Source: an uncultured Chloroflexia bacterium
GTDB taxonomy: Bacteria > Chloroflexota > Limnocylindria > QHBO01
NCBI GenBank assembly: GCA_963725885.1
Contig: CAVSAH010000006.1
Span: 21,828 to 85,827, forward strand
Reading direction: 5' to 3'
DNA length: 64,000 nucleotides
Below the pieces are notes generated by a model. That model ran no database searches. It saw only the letters and a list, made by a program, of their open reading frames with translations, and was not told the origin of the DNA. A program made the position numbers and the translations under genes. The stretch's first letter is position 1. Each line of letters starts with the position of its first letter. Positions 20,318 to 30,701 of the stretch are shown in pieces.

Positions 20318-21161
20318 ATGCGGATCTACGTCTCGGTCGACATGGAAGGGCTCGCGGGCGTGGCGCACCCGAACCAGGTCACGTTCGGCCGCGAGGTCGA
20401 CCGGGTCGACTACGACCGCAGCCGTGGGCTGATGGCCGGCGAGACGAACGCCGCCATCGAGGCGGCGCTCGAGGCCGGCGCGACCGAGGTGGTCGTCAAC
20501 GACAGCCACTGGCAGATGCGCAACCTGCGCGCCGAGGATCTCGTCCCAGGAGCGCGCATCGTCATCGGCGACAAGGCACTGAGCATGACCGAGGGCATCG
20601 GTGGGCCCGAGGATGGGGCGTTCGACGGCGCCGCCTTCATCGGCTACCACGCCGGGGCGGGGCATCCGCGCGGCGTGATCGCGCACACGTACTCGTCGGC
20701 CACCATCGCCGGCCTGCGGGTCAACGGCATGCCGCACAACGAGGCGGGGATCAACGCCATTCGGCTCGGGCATCACGGGGTTCCCGTCATGCTCGTCGCC
20801 GGGGACGACGCGCTGGCCGAGGAAGTCGCCGAGCTGCTGCCGTGGGCCGAACGAGTGGTGGTCAAGCGGGCGCTGGGGTACAGCACGGCGGCCTCGCTCG
20901 CCCCGGAGGAGGCCCGTGCCGCGATCCGCAACGGCATGGCCGCCGCGATTGGGCGGCTCGGCGAGATGCAGCCCTACCGCCCGGCGCCTCTCCGGGGAGC
21001 TCGACTTCCGACTGCCGGTGATGGCCGACTACGCCGGCATCCTCCCCGGCGTCGAGCGGGTCGGGCCGCTGACCGTCGCGTTCGACGCGGAGGACGGCGA
21101 GACGTTCTTCCGCACCTTCCTGGCCCTCGTCCGGCTCTCGGGCACCTCGTCGACGAGCTGA
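20318..21161 (+). CDS. DppA-family D-aminopeptidase (peptidase M55), frameshift near 20990
   Basis: MRIYVSVDMEGLAGVAHPNQV..AIEAALEAGATEVVVNDSHWQMRNL..GYHAGAGHPRGVIAHTYSS (ORF 20204..21670). The C-terminus ELDFRLPVMADYAGILPGVERVGPLTVAFDAEDGETFFRTF.. is in ORF 20916..21161. Confidence 0.6.
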
Positions 21162-21178
21162 GCGGCGAGCCGACCGAC

Positions 21179-21670
21179 GTGGATGATGCCGAGCGGGCGC
21201 GAATCAGGGGCCTGTTCGGGCGCTTCGCGACCGGGGTGACCGTCGTCGCCGCCCGGCACGGACCGCTGCTGGCCGGCATGACCGCCAACGCGGTGGCCAG
21301 CGTGAGCGTCGACCCGCCGGTGCTGCTGGCGAGCATCGCGCAGAAGGCGGAGACGCATCGGGCCATCGTCGGCTCGCACGCGTTTTCCATCAGCGTCCTC
21401 GCGGCCGACCAGCGCTTCCTGGCCGAGTGCTTCGCACAGCCGATCACCGCGGCCAAGCTCACCGGCTTCTGCGACGCGCCGTGGCACGAGGCCGAGACCG
21501 GGTCGCCCATCCTCGAGGGAGCGCTGGCCTACTACGACTGCCGCCTGAAGGCGCGCCACGATGCCGGCGATCACACGATCTTCATCGGCGACGTCGTGGC
21601 CGCCGGCTACCGCGAGGACGCGGCTCCGCTCCTGTACTACGCCTCGGAATACCGCGAGCTCCCCGGCTGA
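21179..21670 (+). CDS. Flavin reductase (FMN-binding split-barrel, RutF/HpaC-like)
   Basis: RIRGLFGRFATGVTVVAARHGPLLAGMTANAVASVSVDPPVLLASIAQKAETHRAIVGSHAFSISVL..DHTIFIGDVVAAG. Confidence 0.6.
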   Translation: MDDAERARIRGLFGRFATGVTVVAARHGPLLAGMTANAVASVSVDPPVLLASIAQKAETHRAIVGSHAFSISVLAADQRFLAECFAQPITAAKLTGFCDAPWHEAETGSPILEGALAYYDCRLKARHDAGDHTIFIGDVVAAGYREDAAPLLYYASEYRELPG

Positions 21671-21683
21671 CGCGGCTGCGGCC

Positions 21684-23275
21684 TCAGCCGGCCGGAGCGC
21701 GATCCTTGAGGATCTGACCCGCCGCGAGCCGTCCCGGCGCCCCCATCACGCAGCCGCCCGGGTGCGTTCCGGAGCCGCACTGGTAATAGCCCGCGATGGG
21801 GGTCCGATACTGCGACCAGCCCGGCGCCGGGCGGAGGAAGAACATCTGCGGCGCGGCGAGCTCGCCGGCGAAGATGTTGCCCTCGGAGAGGCCGATGGTC
21901 CGCTCGATGTCGAGCGGGGTGACCACCTCGCGATGGAGGACCAGGTCACCGAATCCGGGGAAGTAGCCCTCCAGCGTGGCCTGGACGGTGTCGCCGAGCC
22001 GCTGGCGCTCGGCATCCCAGTCGCTCTCACGCAGGTGGTACGGGGTGTACTGGATGAAGCACGACATGACGTGCTTGCCGGGCGGCGCCATGTCCGGGTC
22101 GATCACGGACTGGATGGCGCCGTCGATGTACGGCTCAGAGCTGTACCAGCCGTACTTGGCATCGTCGAAGGCGCGCTCGAGGTAGTCCATCGACGGGCCG
22201 ATGTTCAGGAAGCCGCGGAACATGTCCCCCCTGCGATCCGCCAGCGGCGGGTAGACCGGGAAGTCCGTTGAGCGCGAAGTTCACCTTCGAGGAGGTGCCC
22301 TGGAACTTCATGCGGCCGATGTCGCTGACGAGGTCGTCGGGAAGCTCGCGCGGGTCGACCAGCTCGAGGAACGTCCGTCGCGGGTCGAGCGCGCTGACGA
22401 CGACGTCCGCGGCGAACTCGGTGCCGTCCTCCAGCGCCACGCCGGTCGCCTCTCCGTCACGCGTGAGGACGCGCGCCGACGGGCGCCTCCAGCCGGATCT
22501 CGGCGCCGAAGGACTCCGCGGCCCGTGCCAGGACCTGGGTGAAGCCGCCATTGCCACCCTTGTGGAACGCCCAGGAGCCGAAGGACCCGTCGTGCTCGCC
22601 GAGGGAATGGAACAGGAGGACCAGGCCCGATCCCGCGGATCGAGGGCCGACCTTGGAGCCGATGATCCCCGACGAGGCGATCCAGCCCTTGAGCAGGTCC
22701 GACTCGAAGTAGTCGTCGAGGAAGTCTGCGGTGCTGCCGGTCATGAGCCGGATCGCGTTGTGGAACGTTCGCTTGTCGAGCGCCCTGAAGCGCGAGCCGA
22801 GCCCCGCCAGCGCGAGCAGCTCCTCGGGGTCATCGCTGAACGGATCGGGCGGGACCATGTCGAGCAGGGGCTTGAGCGCCTGGCAGACACGGTCCATGTC
22901 GTGGCCGTACTGCTCGTACGCGTCGGCGTCGTGCGGTGAGATGCGGGCGATCTCGCGCAGGTTCTGGTCGTGGTCCTGCGTGAACCACAGGTACTCGCCG
23001 CCCGGCGTCGGCGCGAACTTCGACGACATCAGGATCGGCATGAAGCCGTGCTTGGTCAGCTCCAGCTCGTGGATGATCTGCGGCCGCAGCAGCGACAGGG
23101 CGTAGCTGAAGGTGGTGAACCAGAAGCCCGGGACCAGCTCCTCGGTGATCGCCGCCCCACCGACGAGGTGGCGCTGCTCGAGGATCAGGGTCTTCAGCCC
23201 GCCCTTGGCCAGGTAGGCGCCGTTGACCAGGCCGTTGTGGCCGCCTCCGATGACGATCGCGTCGTATCGGTCCAT
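21684..23275 (-). CDS. Phytoene-desaturase-like NAD(P)/FAD-dependent oxidoreductase (COG1233-type), two frameshifts
   Basis: MDRYDAIVIGGGHNGLVNGAYLAKGGLKTLILEQRHLVGGAAITEE.. (ORF 22457..23485), middle part (22135..22557), and C-terminus ..YYQCGSGTHPGGCVMGAPGRLAAGQIL (21684..22223). Confidence 0.6.
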
Positions 23276-23276
23276 C

Positions 23277-24479
23277 TCAGGCCATCTTTCGCGAGGGGTT
23301 GTACAGCGGCAGCCGTGCGGTGTGGGCTGCGACCTGCTGGTAGCGATGGTCCACCGTGAACTCCAGGAAGACGCGGGTTCCGGGCTTGGCCATGTCCGGG
23401 CGCACCCGGGCCAGGGCGATGTGGCGCTGGAGGATCGGCGAGTACATGAAGCTCGTGGCGTAGCCCACGCGCTCCCGATCGTCATCGTAGACCATCCAGT
23501 CCTCGTGGACGGGCGTGTGCTCCTTCGGGGGAATCAGCCCGGCCTCGCTGTACACCCGGTCGTAGTCCTCCCAGTCGACGACGAGCCCCGCCATCCTCCA
23601 GCGCGACGACTTCGGTGGCCATCTCCTTCAGCAGCGCGGCACGGCCGATGAACGGGCGATCGTCATCGGCCAGCCCCTTGAACATCCACGACCAGCCGAG
23701 CTCGATCGGGGTCGACCGATGCGCGTCGTTGAAGGCGAAGCGGCTGTTGTCGAAGTCGACGGGGAGCAGCAGGAGGCCCGGCCTCGATGCGGAGCATGCG
23801 CAGGGCCGCGAGCCCGTACGGCAGCACGCCGTAGCCGTCGACCGAGTCCCACAGCGCGTCCCAGACGGTGACCGCGTCGGGCGTCTCGACCCAGATCTCG
23901 TAGCCGAGGTCACCGGTGTAGCCGGTCCGCGAGACCGTCACCGGCCGCGAGCCGATGGTGCCGGTGGTGATGCCGAAGAACGGCAGCTGCTCGACCTCCG
24001 GGACGAGCCGGGTGAGCAGGTCGCGCGAGCGCGGCCCCTGGACCGCGAGCGCCCCGATGTCGAGGCTCACGTCGTCGATGCTCACGCGCAGGCGCCCGAC
24101 CCGATCGGCGAGGTACGACGTAGTTCGGCTCCGCCGAGGTCAGCAGGTACTCGTCCGGCCCGCGCCGCTGGACGACGCCGTCCTCGAGCACGAAGCCACG
24201 CTCGTCGAGCCAGGTCGTGTACTGCGCCGCCACAGGCGGGCAGGCGCGAACGTCGCGAGCCAGGATGCCGGAGAGGAAGCGCTCGGCATCCGCTCCCGCG
24301 ATGCGGTACTTGAACAGCGGCGAGGTGTCGAAGATGCCGGCCGCGTTGCGGACCGCGAAGTACTCGAACTTGTCGCTGATCTGGTAGCGGTTGGCCGAAA
24401 GATGTCCGGCCCAGTGGTTCCACAGGCCGGTCTCGTTCAGCGCGCTGGTGCGCTCGTGGAACGGTGTCGTGAGGATCAT
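23277..24479 (-). CDS. Glycine-cleavage T-protein (aminomethyltransferase) family protein, about three frameshifts
   Basis: MILTTPFHERTSALNETGLWNHWAGHL..GIFDTSPLFKYRIAGADAERFL; ..SIDDVSLDIGALAVQGPRSRDLL..YTGDLGYEIWV; C-terminal barrel ..GYATSFMYSPILQRHIALARV.. These pieces are spread over ORFs 23910..24560, 23663..24085, 23482..23913 and 23277..23594. Confidence 0.55.
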
Positions 24480-24513
24480 CGGTCCCGGGCCGCCACCGAC
24501 GCTCGAGGCCCGG

Positions 24514-24910
24514 TCAGGAAGACTGCGCCGCGGCGAGCTGCGCCTGGATTGCCTCGACAAAGTCGATGAAGTCGAACGGCTTGCGCACGACCGGGGCCAG
24601 GGCCTCGAGCCGGTTGGCCTCCTCGTCGTCGATGGCGGTCACGAACAGCACCGGGACGTCCCGGTACTGCGGACGCTCGCGCAGCGAGTGGACGATGGTC
24701 GACCCGAACTCGTCGGGCAGGCGCTGGTCGAGCACCAGCAGATCGGGGATGAGGCCCTCCTCGACGAGGGCGGTGTACAGCTCCTCCGCGTTGCCGAAGC
24801 CGCGGCAGTCGTAGCCGAGGTCGCCCAGCACGGCCAGCATGGCAGTGCGGATGAGCGGCTCGTCGTCGACGACCCAGATGCGCTGACCGGCTGCTGCTTC
24901 TTCTTCCACC
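24514..24910 (-). CDS. Single-domain response regulator (CheY-like receiver)
   Basis: GTG start. RIWVVDDEPLIRTAMLAVLGDLGYDCRGFGNAEE..LLVLDQRLPDEFGSTIVHSLRERPQYRDVPVLFVTA. Confidence 0.55.
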
Positions 24911-24911
24911 C

Positions 24912-26240
24912 TCAGGCTCCGATCGCGGCGAGTGATTCGCCGATGATACCGATCGCGAGGTCGGCCTCGTCGTCGGTCGTCACCAGCGGCGGGATGACAC
25001 GGACCGCCTGGCCGCGCGTTCCGCAGCTGAGCAGGACGAGCTTGCGATCGAGTGCCGCGGCCAGCAGCGCCTTCGCCAGGTCGGCGCGCGGGGCGAGGGT
25101 CCCGGGCTCGGCGAACTCGATCGCGATCATCAGGCCGCGGCCACGGACCTCCGCAACGTTCGCATGCCCGTCCGCGCGCTCGCGCAACGCGTCGAGCATG
25201 CGCGTGCCGAGCTGCTCCGCCCGGTCGGCAAGCCGTTCGTCGTCGATGACGTCGAGGGTCGCCAGCGCCGCCGCGCAGGAGACCGCGTTGCCGCCGTAGG
25301 TCCCGCCGTGAGCGCTGGGTCCCCACTGGTCGAGCATGGCCCGCGGGGCGAGGATGCCCGACAGCGGCAGCCCCGAGGCGATGCCCTTGGCCATGATCAC
25401 GATGTCGGGGGTGGCATCGGTCCACTCGGTGGCGAAGAAGCGCCCGGTTCGTGCGTAGCCGGACTGCACCTCGTCGACGGCGAGCAGGATCCCGTGGCGG
25501 GACGCGATCTCGCGCAGCGCTGGCAGGAAGCCGTCGGGTGGGACGACGTACCCGCCCTCCCCGAGCACCGGCTCCACGATGAAGCACGCCACGTCGTCGG
25601 GCGCCACGAGGGTCGCGAACAGCTCGTCGATGGCCTCCAGCGTGGCCGCGAGGGCTGCGTCCGGTCCGCCCATGCGCAACGGATACGGGAACGGCACGAA
25701 GTGCACGCCGCTCATGAGCGGCTCGTAGTGGGCGCGGTACTTCACGTTCGAGCTGGTCAGCGCCATCGTGCCGTGAGTTCGGCCGTGGAAGCCACCGCGG
25801 AAGGCGACGACGTTGGGCCGCCGCGTGACGTACTTGGCCAGCTTGACCGCCGCCTCGACGGCCTCGGCCCCGGAGTTCGAGAGGAACAGGCCGTAGTCCG
25901 TGCCACCGGCCGGGTTCGGGAAGCGTCCGGGGAGCCGCCGATGGAGCTCGAGGCCGGGCTGGTGATACACGACGTTCTGCTGGAGGTGGATGCCCAGGGC
26001 CGCCTGCTCGGTGATCGCGGCGACCACGCGTGGGTGGGCGTGGCCCGTGTTGGTGACCCCGATGCCGCAGGAGTAGTCGAGGTAGCGCTCGCCGTCGACC
26101 GTCTCCAGCCACGACCCCGACGCGCGGGCCACCACGAGGTCGGTGTAGCGCGCCCAGACCGGTGCGACGCCGTCGCGCGAGCGCAGACGCCAGTCGGTGG
26201 TCGGTGGCGGCAGTGACCGCGGCGCCTCGCGCCGCTCGTG
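24912..26240 (-). CDS. Class-III aminotransferase (GabT / putrescine or 4-aminobutyrate aminotransferase-like); 5' end uncertain
   Basis: ..YLDYSCGIGVTNTGHAHPRVVAAITEQ..FHGRTHGTMALTSSNVKYR..VDEVQSGYARTGRFFATEW..DIVIMAKGIASGLPLSGI (ORF 24912..26363). Confidence 0.65.
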   Translation of the reverse strand, partial: HERREAPRSLPPPTTDWRLRSRDGVAPVWARYTDLVVARASGSWLETVDGERYLDYSCGIGVTNTGHAHPRVVAAITEQAALGIHLQQNVVYHQPGLELHRRLPGRFPNPAGGTDYGLFLSNSGAEAVEAAVKLAKYVTRRPNVVAFRGGFHGRTHGTMALTSSNVKYRAHYEPLMSGVHFVPFPYPLRMGGPDAALAATLEAIDELFATLVAPDDVACFIVEPVLGEGGYVVPPDGFLPALREIASRHGILLAVDEVQSGYARTGRFFATEWTDATPDIVIMAKGIASGLPLSGILAPRAMLDQWGPSAHGGTYGGNAVSCAAALATLDVIDDERLADRAEQLGTRMLDALRERADGHANVAEVRGRGLMIAIEFAEPGTLAPRADLAKALLAAALDRKLVLLSCGTRGQAVRVIPPLVTTDDEADLAIGIIGESLAAIGA

Positions 26241-26249
26241 CGCCGGCCT

Positions 26250-27027
26250 GCGCCGCTGCTCCAGAGCTGGACCGCGATGAAGACGATCGCGACGAGGAAG
26301 ATGAGGGTGCCCAGGACGTTGACCTCGGGCGGGATGCCGACGCGGCTGACGCCGAACACCCACAACGGGAAGGTGACGGTGCTGCCCGCGTTGAAGAGGG
26401 TGATGACGTAGTCATCGATCGACAGCGCGAAGGCCAGCAGCGCCGCTGCAAGGATGCCGGGGAAGATGAGCGGGAACGTGACCTTCCAGAACGTCGTGCG
26501 CTCGTTGGCATAGAGGTCCATCCCGGCCTCCTCGAGCGAGCGGTTGAAGCCGACAAGGCGGGCTCGAACGGTGACCACGACGTAGCTGATGTTGAACATC
26601 ACGTGGGAGATGAGGATCGTGACGAAGCCGCGCTGGGACGCCGATCGAGATCCACATGCGTCAGCAGCGAGGCACCGAGGATGATCTCCGGCGCCGCCAT
26701 CGGAATGAAGATCAGCAGGTTCATCGAGCCCCGGCCGCGGAACTCGTATCGCGTGAGGGCCAGGGCGATCATCGTGCCGAAGGCCGTCGCCAGCACCGTC
26801 GAGATCGCGGCGATCGCCAGGCTGGTGATCATCGGCCCGGTGATCTGCGGGCGGCTCCAGATGTCGATGTAGTTCTGCAGGGTGAACCCCTGCCACGTGA
26901 TGTTCTGACGGCCCGCGGGATCGTTGAAGCTGAAGATGATCATCACCGCGATGGGCGCGAACAGGAACAGCACCACGAGGGCCGTGAAGACCCGCAGCAA
27001 GGCGCGAGACGTCCCTGACTCGACCAT
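26250..27027 (-). CDS. ABC transporter permease, PotC-like (spermidine/putrescine family); frameshift near 26640 and no in-frame stop found at the 3' end
   Basis: N-terminus MVESGTSRALLRVFTALVVLFLFAPIAVMIIFSFND.. (ORF 26599..27027). It continues as ..ISHVMFNISYVVVTVRARLVGFNRSLEEAGMDLYANERTTFWKVTFPLIFPGIL..VNVLGTLIFLVAIVFIAVQLWSS in ORF 25757..26896. Confidence 0.5.
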
Positions 27028-27879
27028 CAGGTCGTGAGCCTGTCCGTGCCGAAGGCGCGGCTGTACGCCGCGACCAGGATGGTGACGCCGATGACGAGGA
27101 CGAACGAGAGCGCCGCAGCCGACGGGTAGTCGTTGGCGTTGATGTACTTGAACTGGATGACGTTGCCGATCATCTGCACGTCCGGGTTGCCGGCGCCGAT
27201 GACCTCGGCGTTGATGAAGTCGCCGATGGCAGGGATGAACGTCAGCAACGACCCGGCCAGCACGCCCGGCAACGACAGCGTGAAGGTGATCCGCCAGAAC
27301 GCCTGCCAGCGGCTGGCGTAGAGGTCATTCGCCGCCTCGATGAGGCGTCGGTCGATCTTCTCGAGCGCCACGTACAGCGGCAGGATCATGAACGGCAGGA
27401 GGTTGTACGTCAGTCCGAAGACGACTGATGCGGGCGTGGCGAGGAAGTGGAAGGCCTGGTCGAGCAGGCCGGCGTCCTTGAGCGTTCCGAACACGATGCC
27501 GTTGTCCGACAGGATCATCCGCCAGTTCAGGGTGCGGATCACGAAGCTGACGAAGAACGGCAGGATCACGATGAACAGGAGCGCGGTCTTGAAACGCCCG
27601 CCGTGGAACGCGATGGTGTAGGCCATCGGATAGCCGATGAGCATGGTGAACAGCGTGGTCAGGGCGGCGTAGATGAAGGATCGAACGAAGAGGTCCCAGA
27701 ACTCGACGATCACCTCGGGATAGATGCCGAAGTTCCAGGTCAGCGTGTACCCGGTGTCGAGCGACCCCTCCTGGAGCGAGACGCTGAGCATGATCAGCAT
27801 CGGGATCGCGAAGAAGATCGAGCAGCCAGAGGCCGCCCGGCAGCAGCAGAAGGTAGGGAGTCAGGCGGCTCCGACCCAT
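27027..27879 (-). CDS. ABC transporter permease, PotB-like; frameshift near 27810
   Basis: MGRSRLTPYLLLLPGGLWLL.. (ORF 27325..27879), then ..SLQEGSLDTGYTLTWNF..ALTTLFTMLIGYPMAYTIAF..IDRRLIEAANDLYASRWQAFWRITFTLSLPGV (ORF 27027..27800). Confidence 0.6.
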
Positions 27880-27902
27880 CAGAGTTCAGGCGCTCTCGAC
27901 CC

Positions 27903-29161
27903 TCAGCTCGTCACTTCGAGCCAGAGGTCGTTCCACTGCGCTTCCTCGTCCTCGGTCATCACCTTGTCGGTGTACGTATTCGCGAGCTGGTCCTCGGTGG
28001 GCACGACGGCCGGTGCAATGCCCTCGAGGTAGTCGCCCGTCTCGTCGTCGCCATCGGCGCGGGCGGCATCGGCATTCTCGATGATGCGGTCCTGGACCCC
28101 GTTCACGCCGGTGAAGTAGCCGATGTACTCGGAGATCAGTGTCGCGCCGTCCACGCCGTAGTAGTAGTTCAGCAGCTGGTGGGCGCCATCGCGCCGCTCG
28201 GCTTTCTTCGGAATGGCGAAGTTGTCGTTCCAGCGCATCGCACCGGTATCGGGAAGGACGAACTGGATGTCCGGGTTGTCGAACCTCATCTGGGTGACGT
28301 CGCCGGACCACGCCACGGACATCGCCAGGTCGCCATTGGACAGCGCGTCGTAATACTCGTTGCCGTAGTAGCCGCGGAACTGGTCCCGCCCGTTGGCCTC
28401 CAGCAGCACGTCGCGAGCGCGCGTCACGTCGTCGATCGTCGCGTTTTCCGGCTCGACGCCGAGCGAGAGGAGGGTGAGCCCGAACATGTCGCGCATGTCG
28501 CTGAACGCGCCCACGCGCCCGGCGAACTCCGGATCAAGCAGGTCGTCGAAGGTCGTGATCTCGCGGCCGGTAAGGTTCGGGTCGTAGCCGATGCCGGTGA
28601 TGCCGCCCTGCCACCACAGGCTGTATCGGTTGTCCGGGTCGAACCACAGACCCTTGGCGTAGTCCGCCGCGTTGGCGGTCCAGTTCGGCAGCTTGGAGTG
28701 GTCGAGCTCCTCGAGGAGGTCGAGCCGCGCGAGACGCTCGATCACCCATCCGCCGGGGGTGATGATGTCCCACCCGGTCGGGTTGCCGGCCTGGAGGTCG
28801 GGCAGGATCGTGCCCATGAACTCGGCGTTGTCCTGGATCGACTCGGTGTAGTTGACGTCGCGTCCGCTCTCTTCGGTGAAGGCCACCAGGCTCGGGTAGT
28901 TGCCGTCATCGTCGATGTCGATGTAGAGCGGCCAGTTCGCCCACTCGATGGCGCCCTCGACATCGGCTCCGCCGGAGGCTCCGCCACCGCCGGACGCTGC
29001 GGGACCGATGCCGCACGCGGCGAGGATGGAGGGAAGCGTCAGTGCCGAGCCGGCGATGACCGCGCCCCGACCGGTGTTGCGCAGAAAGCTCCGGCGGGAC
29101 ATCCGCCCGCTGGGACGGAAGGCCCGGGCAATGGCACGCTCGATCTGGCTCTCGTCACGCA
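27903..29161 (-). CDS. Periplasmic polyamine-binding protein (PotD/PotF-like) with twin-arginine-type signal; start may instead be the internal MSRRSFL near 29098
   Basis: ..MSRRSFLRNTGRGAVIAGSALTLPSILAACG then GAIEWANWPLYIDID..WDIITPGGWVIERL..YSLWWQGGITGIGYD (ORF 27903..29267). Confidence 0.65.
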
Positions 29162-30323
29162 TCGGTACCAAGCTCCTCCTGAAGGGCGGGATCGTTCTCG
29201 GTGGCGCCCTCGGCGCTGATGACGAAGGTGTGCTGCGGCAGCCACGTGAGCCGTACGCGCTGGCCATCGGCCAGGACCTCGCTGGCGCCGGCGGTCTCCA
29301 GGTTCTGCGCGTACACGATCAGGCGGTGGTCATACGGCGTGGCGATCAGGTACTGGGTGCTGACGCCCATGTAGGACGCGTCGAGCACGGTCCCCTCGAT
29401 CGCGTTGAGCTCCGAGGCGGACCGGGCGGCGCCGTCCTCGATGGCGGTGATGCGCAGCTTCTCGGGGCGAACGCCGACGCGCACGTCGGTCTCGCCGTTC
29501 ACCATGGCTGTCGGGTGCGCGGACGATCGTGCCGTCCTTGAGGCTGAGCGAGGCGAACCGGTCGTCGCTGCCGGCGACCTTCGCGTCGAGCAGGTTGCTC
29601 ACGCCAAGGAAGCGGGCGACGAAGTCGGTCGCCGGGCGCTCGTAGAGGTCCTCGGGGGTCCCGAGCTGCTCGATCCTGCCGCGATGGATGACGGCGATGC
29701 GGTCGGACATCGTCATCGCCTCTTCCTGGTCGTGGGTCACGAAGATGAAGGTGATGCCGACCTCGCTCTGGATCCGCTTGAGCTCCACCTGCATCTGCTT
29801 GCGCAGCTTGAGGTCGAGGGCGCCGAGCGGCTCGTCGAGGAGGAGGACCTGCGGGTTGTTGACCAGCGCCCGCGCCAGCGCGATGCGCTGCTGCTGGCCG
29901 CCGGAGAGCTGGCTGGGCTTGCGATCCTCGTAGCCCGGGCAGCTCCACCAGCTCGAGCATGGTCCCGACCTTCTCGCGCACTTCGGCGTCGGGCAGCTTG
30001 CGCCGGCGGAGCCCGAACGCGATGTTGTCGAAGATCGAGAGGTGCGGGAAGAGCGCGTAGTTCTGGAAGACGGTGTTCGTCGCGCGCTTGTAGGGCGGCA
30101 CATCGGTGACGTCGGTATCGCCCAGGTAGATCGTGCCGGAGGTGACGGACTCGAAGCCGCCGATCATCCGCAGCGTCGTGGTCTTCCCGCAGCCGGAGGG
30201 CCCGAGCATCGAGAAGAACTCTCCGGGCTTGACCTCGAGGGTCAGATCGTCGACCGCGACGAAGTCGTCAAAGCGCTTCGTCACCGATTCAATACGAACG
30301 TCAGCCTCGGGCACGCTCACCAC
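29155..30323 (-). CDS. ABC transporter ATP-binding protein, PotA-like, with C-terminal TOBE domain; two frameshifts
   Basis: [22 protein letters not shown] (Walker A), [32 protein letters not shown] (signature and Walker B), [11 protein letters not shown]-terminus ..[12 protein letters not shown].. The protein is distributed over ORFs 29499..30323, 29330..30103 and 29155..29505. Confidence 0.65.
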
Positions 30324-30701
30324 TCAACTTTGTCGCGTTGCAGTAGGCCCGCGGAGTATAGGTCTGGCCTGTCGCGCACTGTCAAGAAATTCCGAATTGA
30401 AGGCAGCGGTGGGCGGGAAACCTGCAACCAAGGCCGGTTCCCGAAGCGTCTGAGGGAACACGCACCAGGTGGGGAACCGGACACCTCATGGCCAAGCTCA
30501 ACCACCAGAAGCGACACCGTCCTCGCCCCGTCGCCAGCCGGCGACGCCAGGAAAGCCGAAAGCGCTCGGCGGACGAGCGCAGCAGGCGCCACCTCGAGCG
30601 CTGGCGCCGCTCCTCCTAGCCTCGGCATCATCCCCGCTCTCGACGACCCGATCGGTCCTTCCCCCGGTCGGGTCGTTCGCTTGCTAGACTCGCCGGCACC
30701 G

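Noticed and set aside
24514-26556. 680-aa minus-strand ORF spanning the response regulator, aminotransferase and permease region
   Set aside because: Only its last 132 codons (the receiver domain) are meaningful. The rest is a third-frame read-through across the aminotransferase and PotC genes with R/G/A-rich nonsense.
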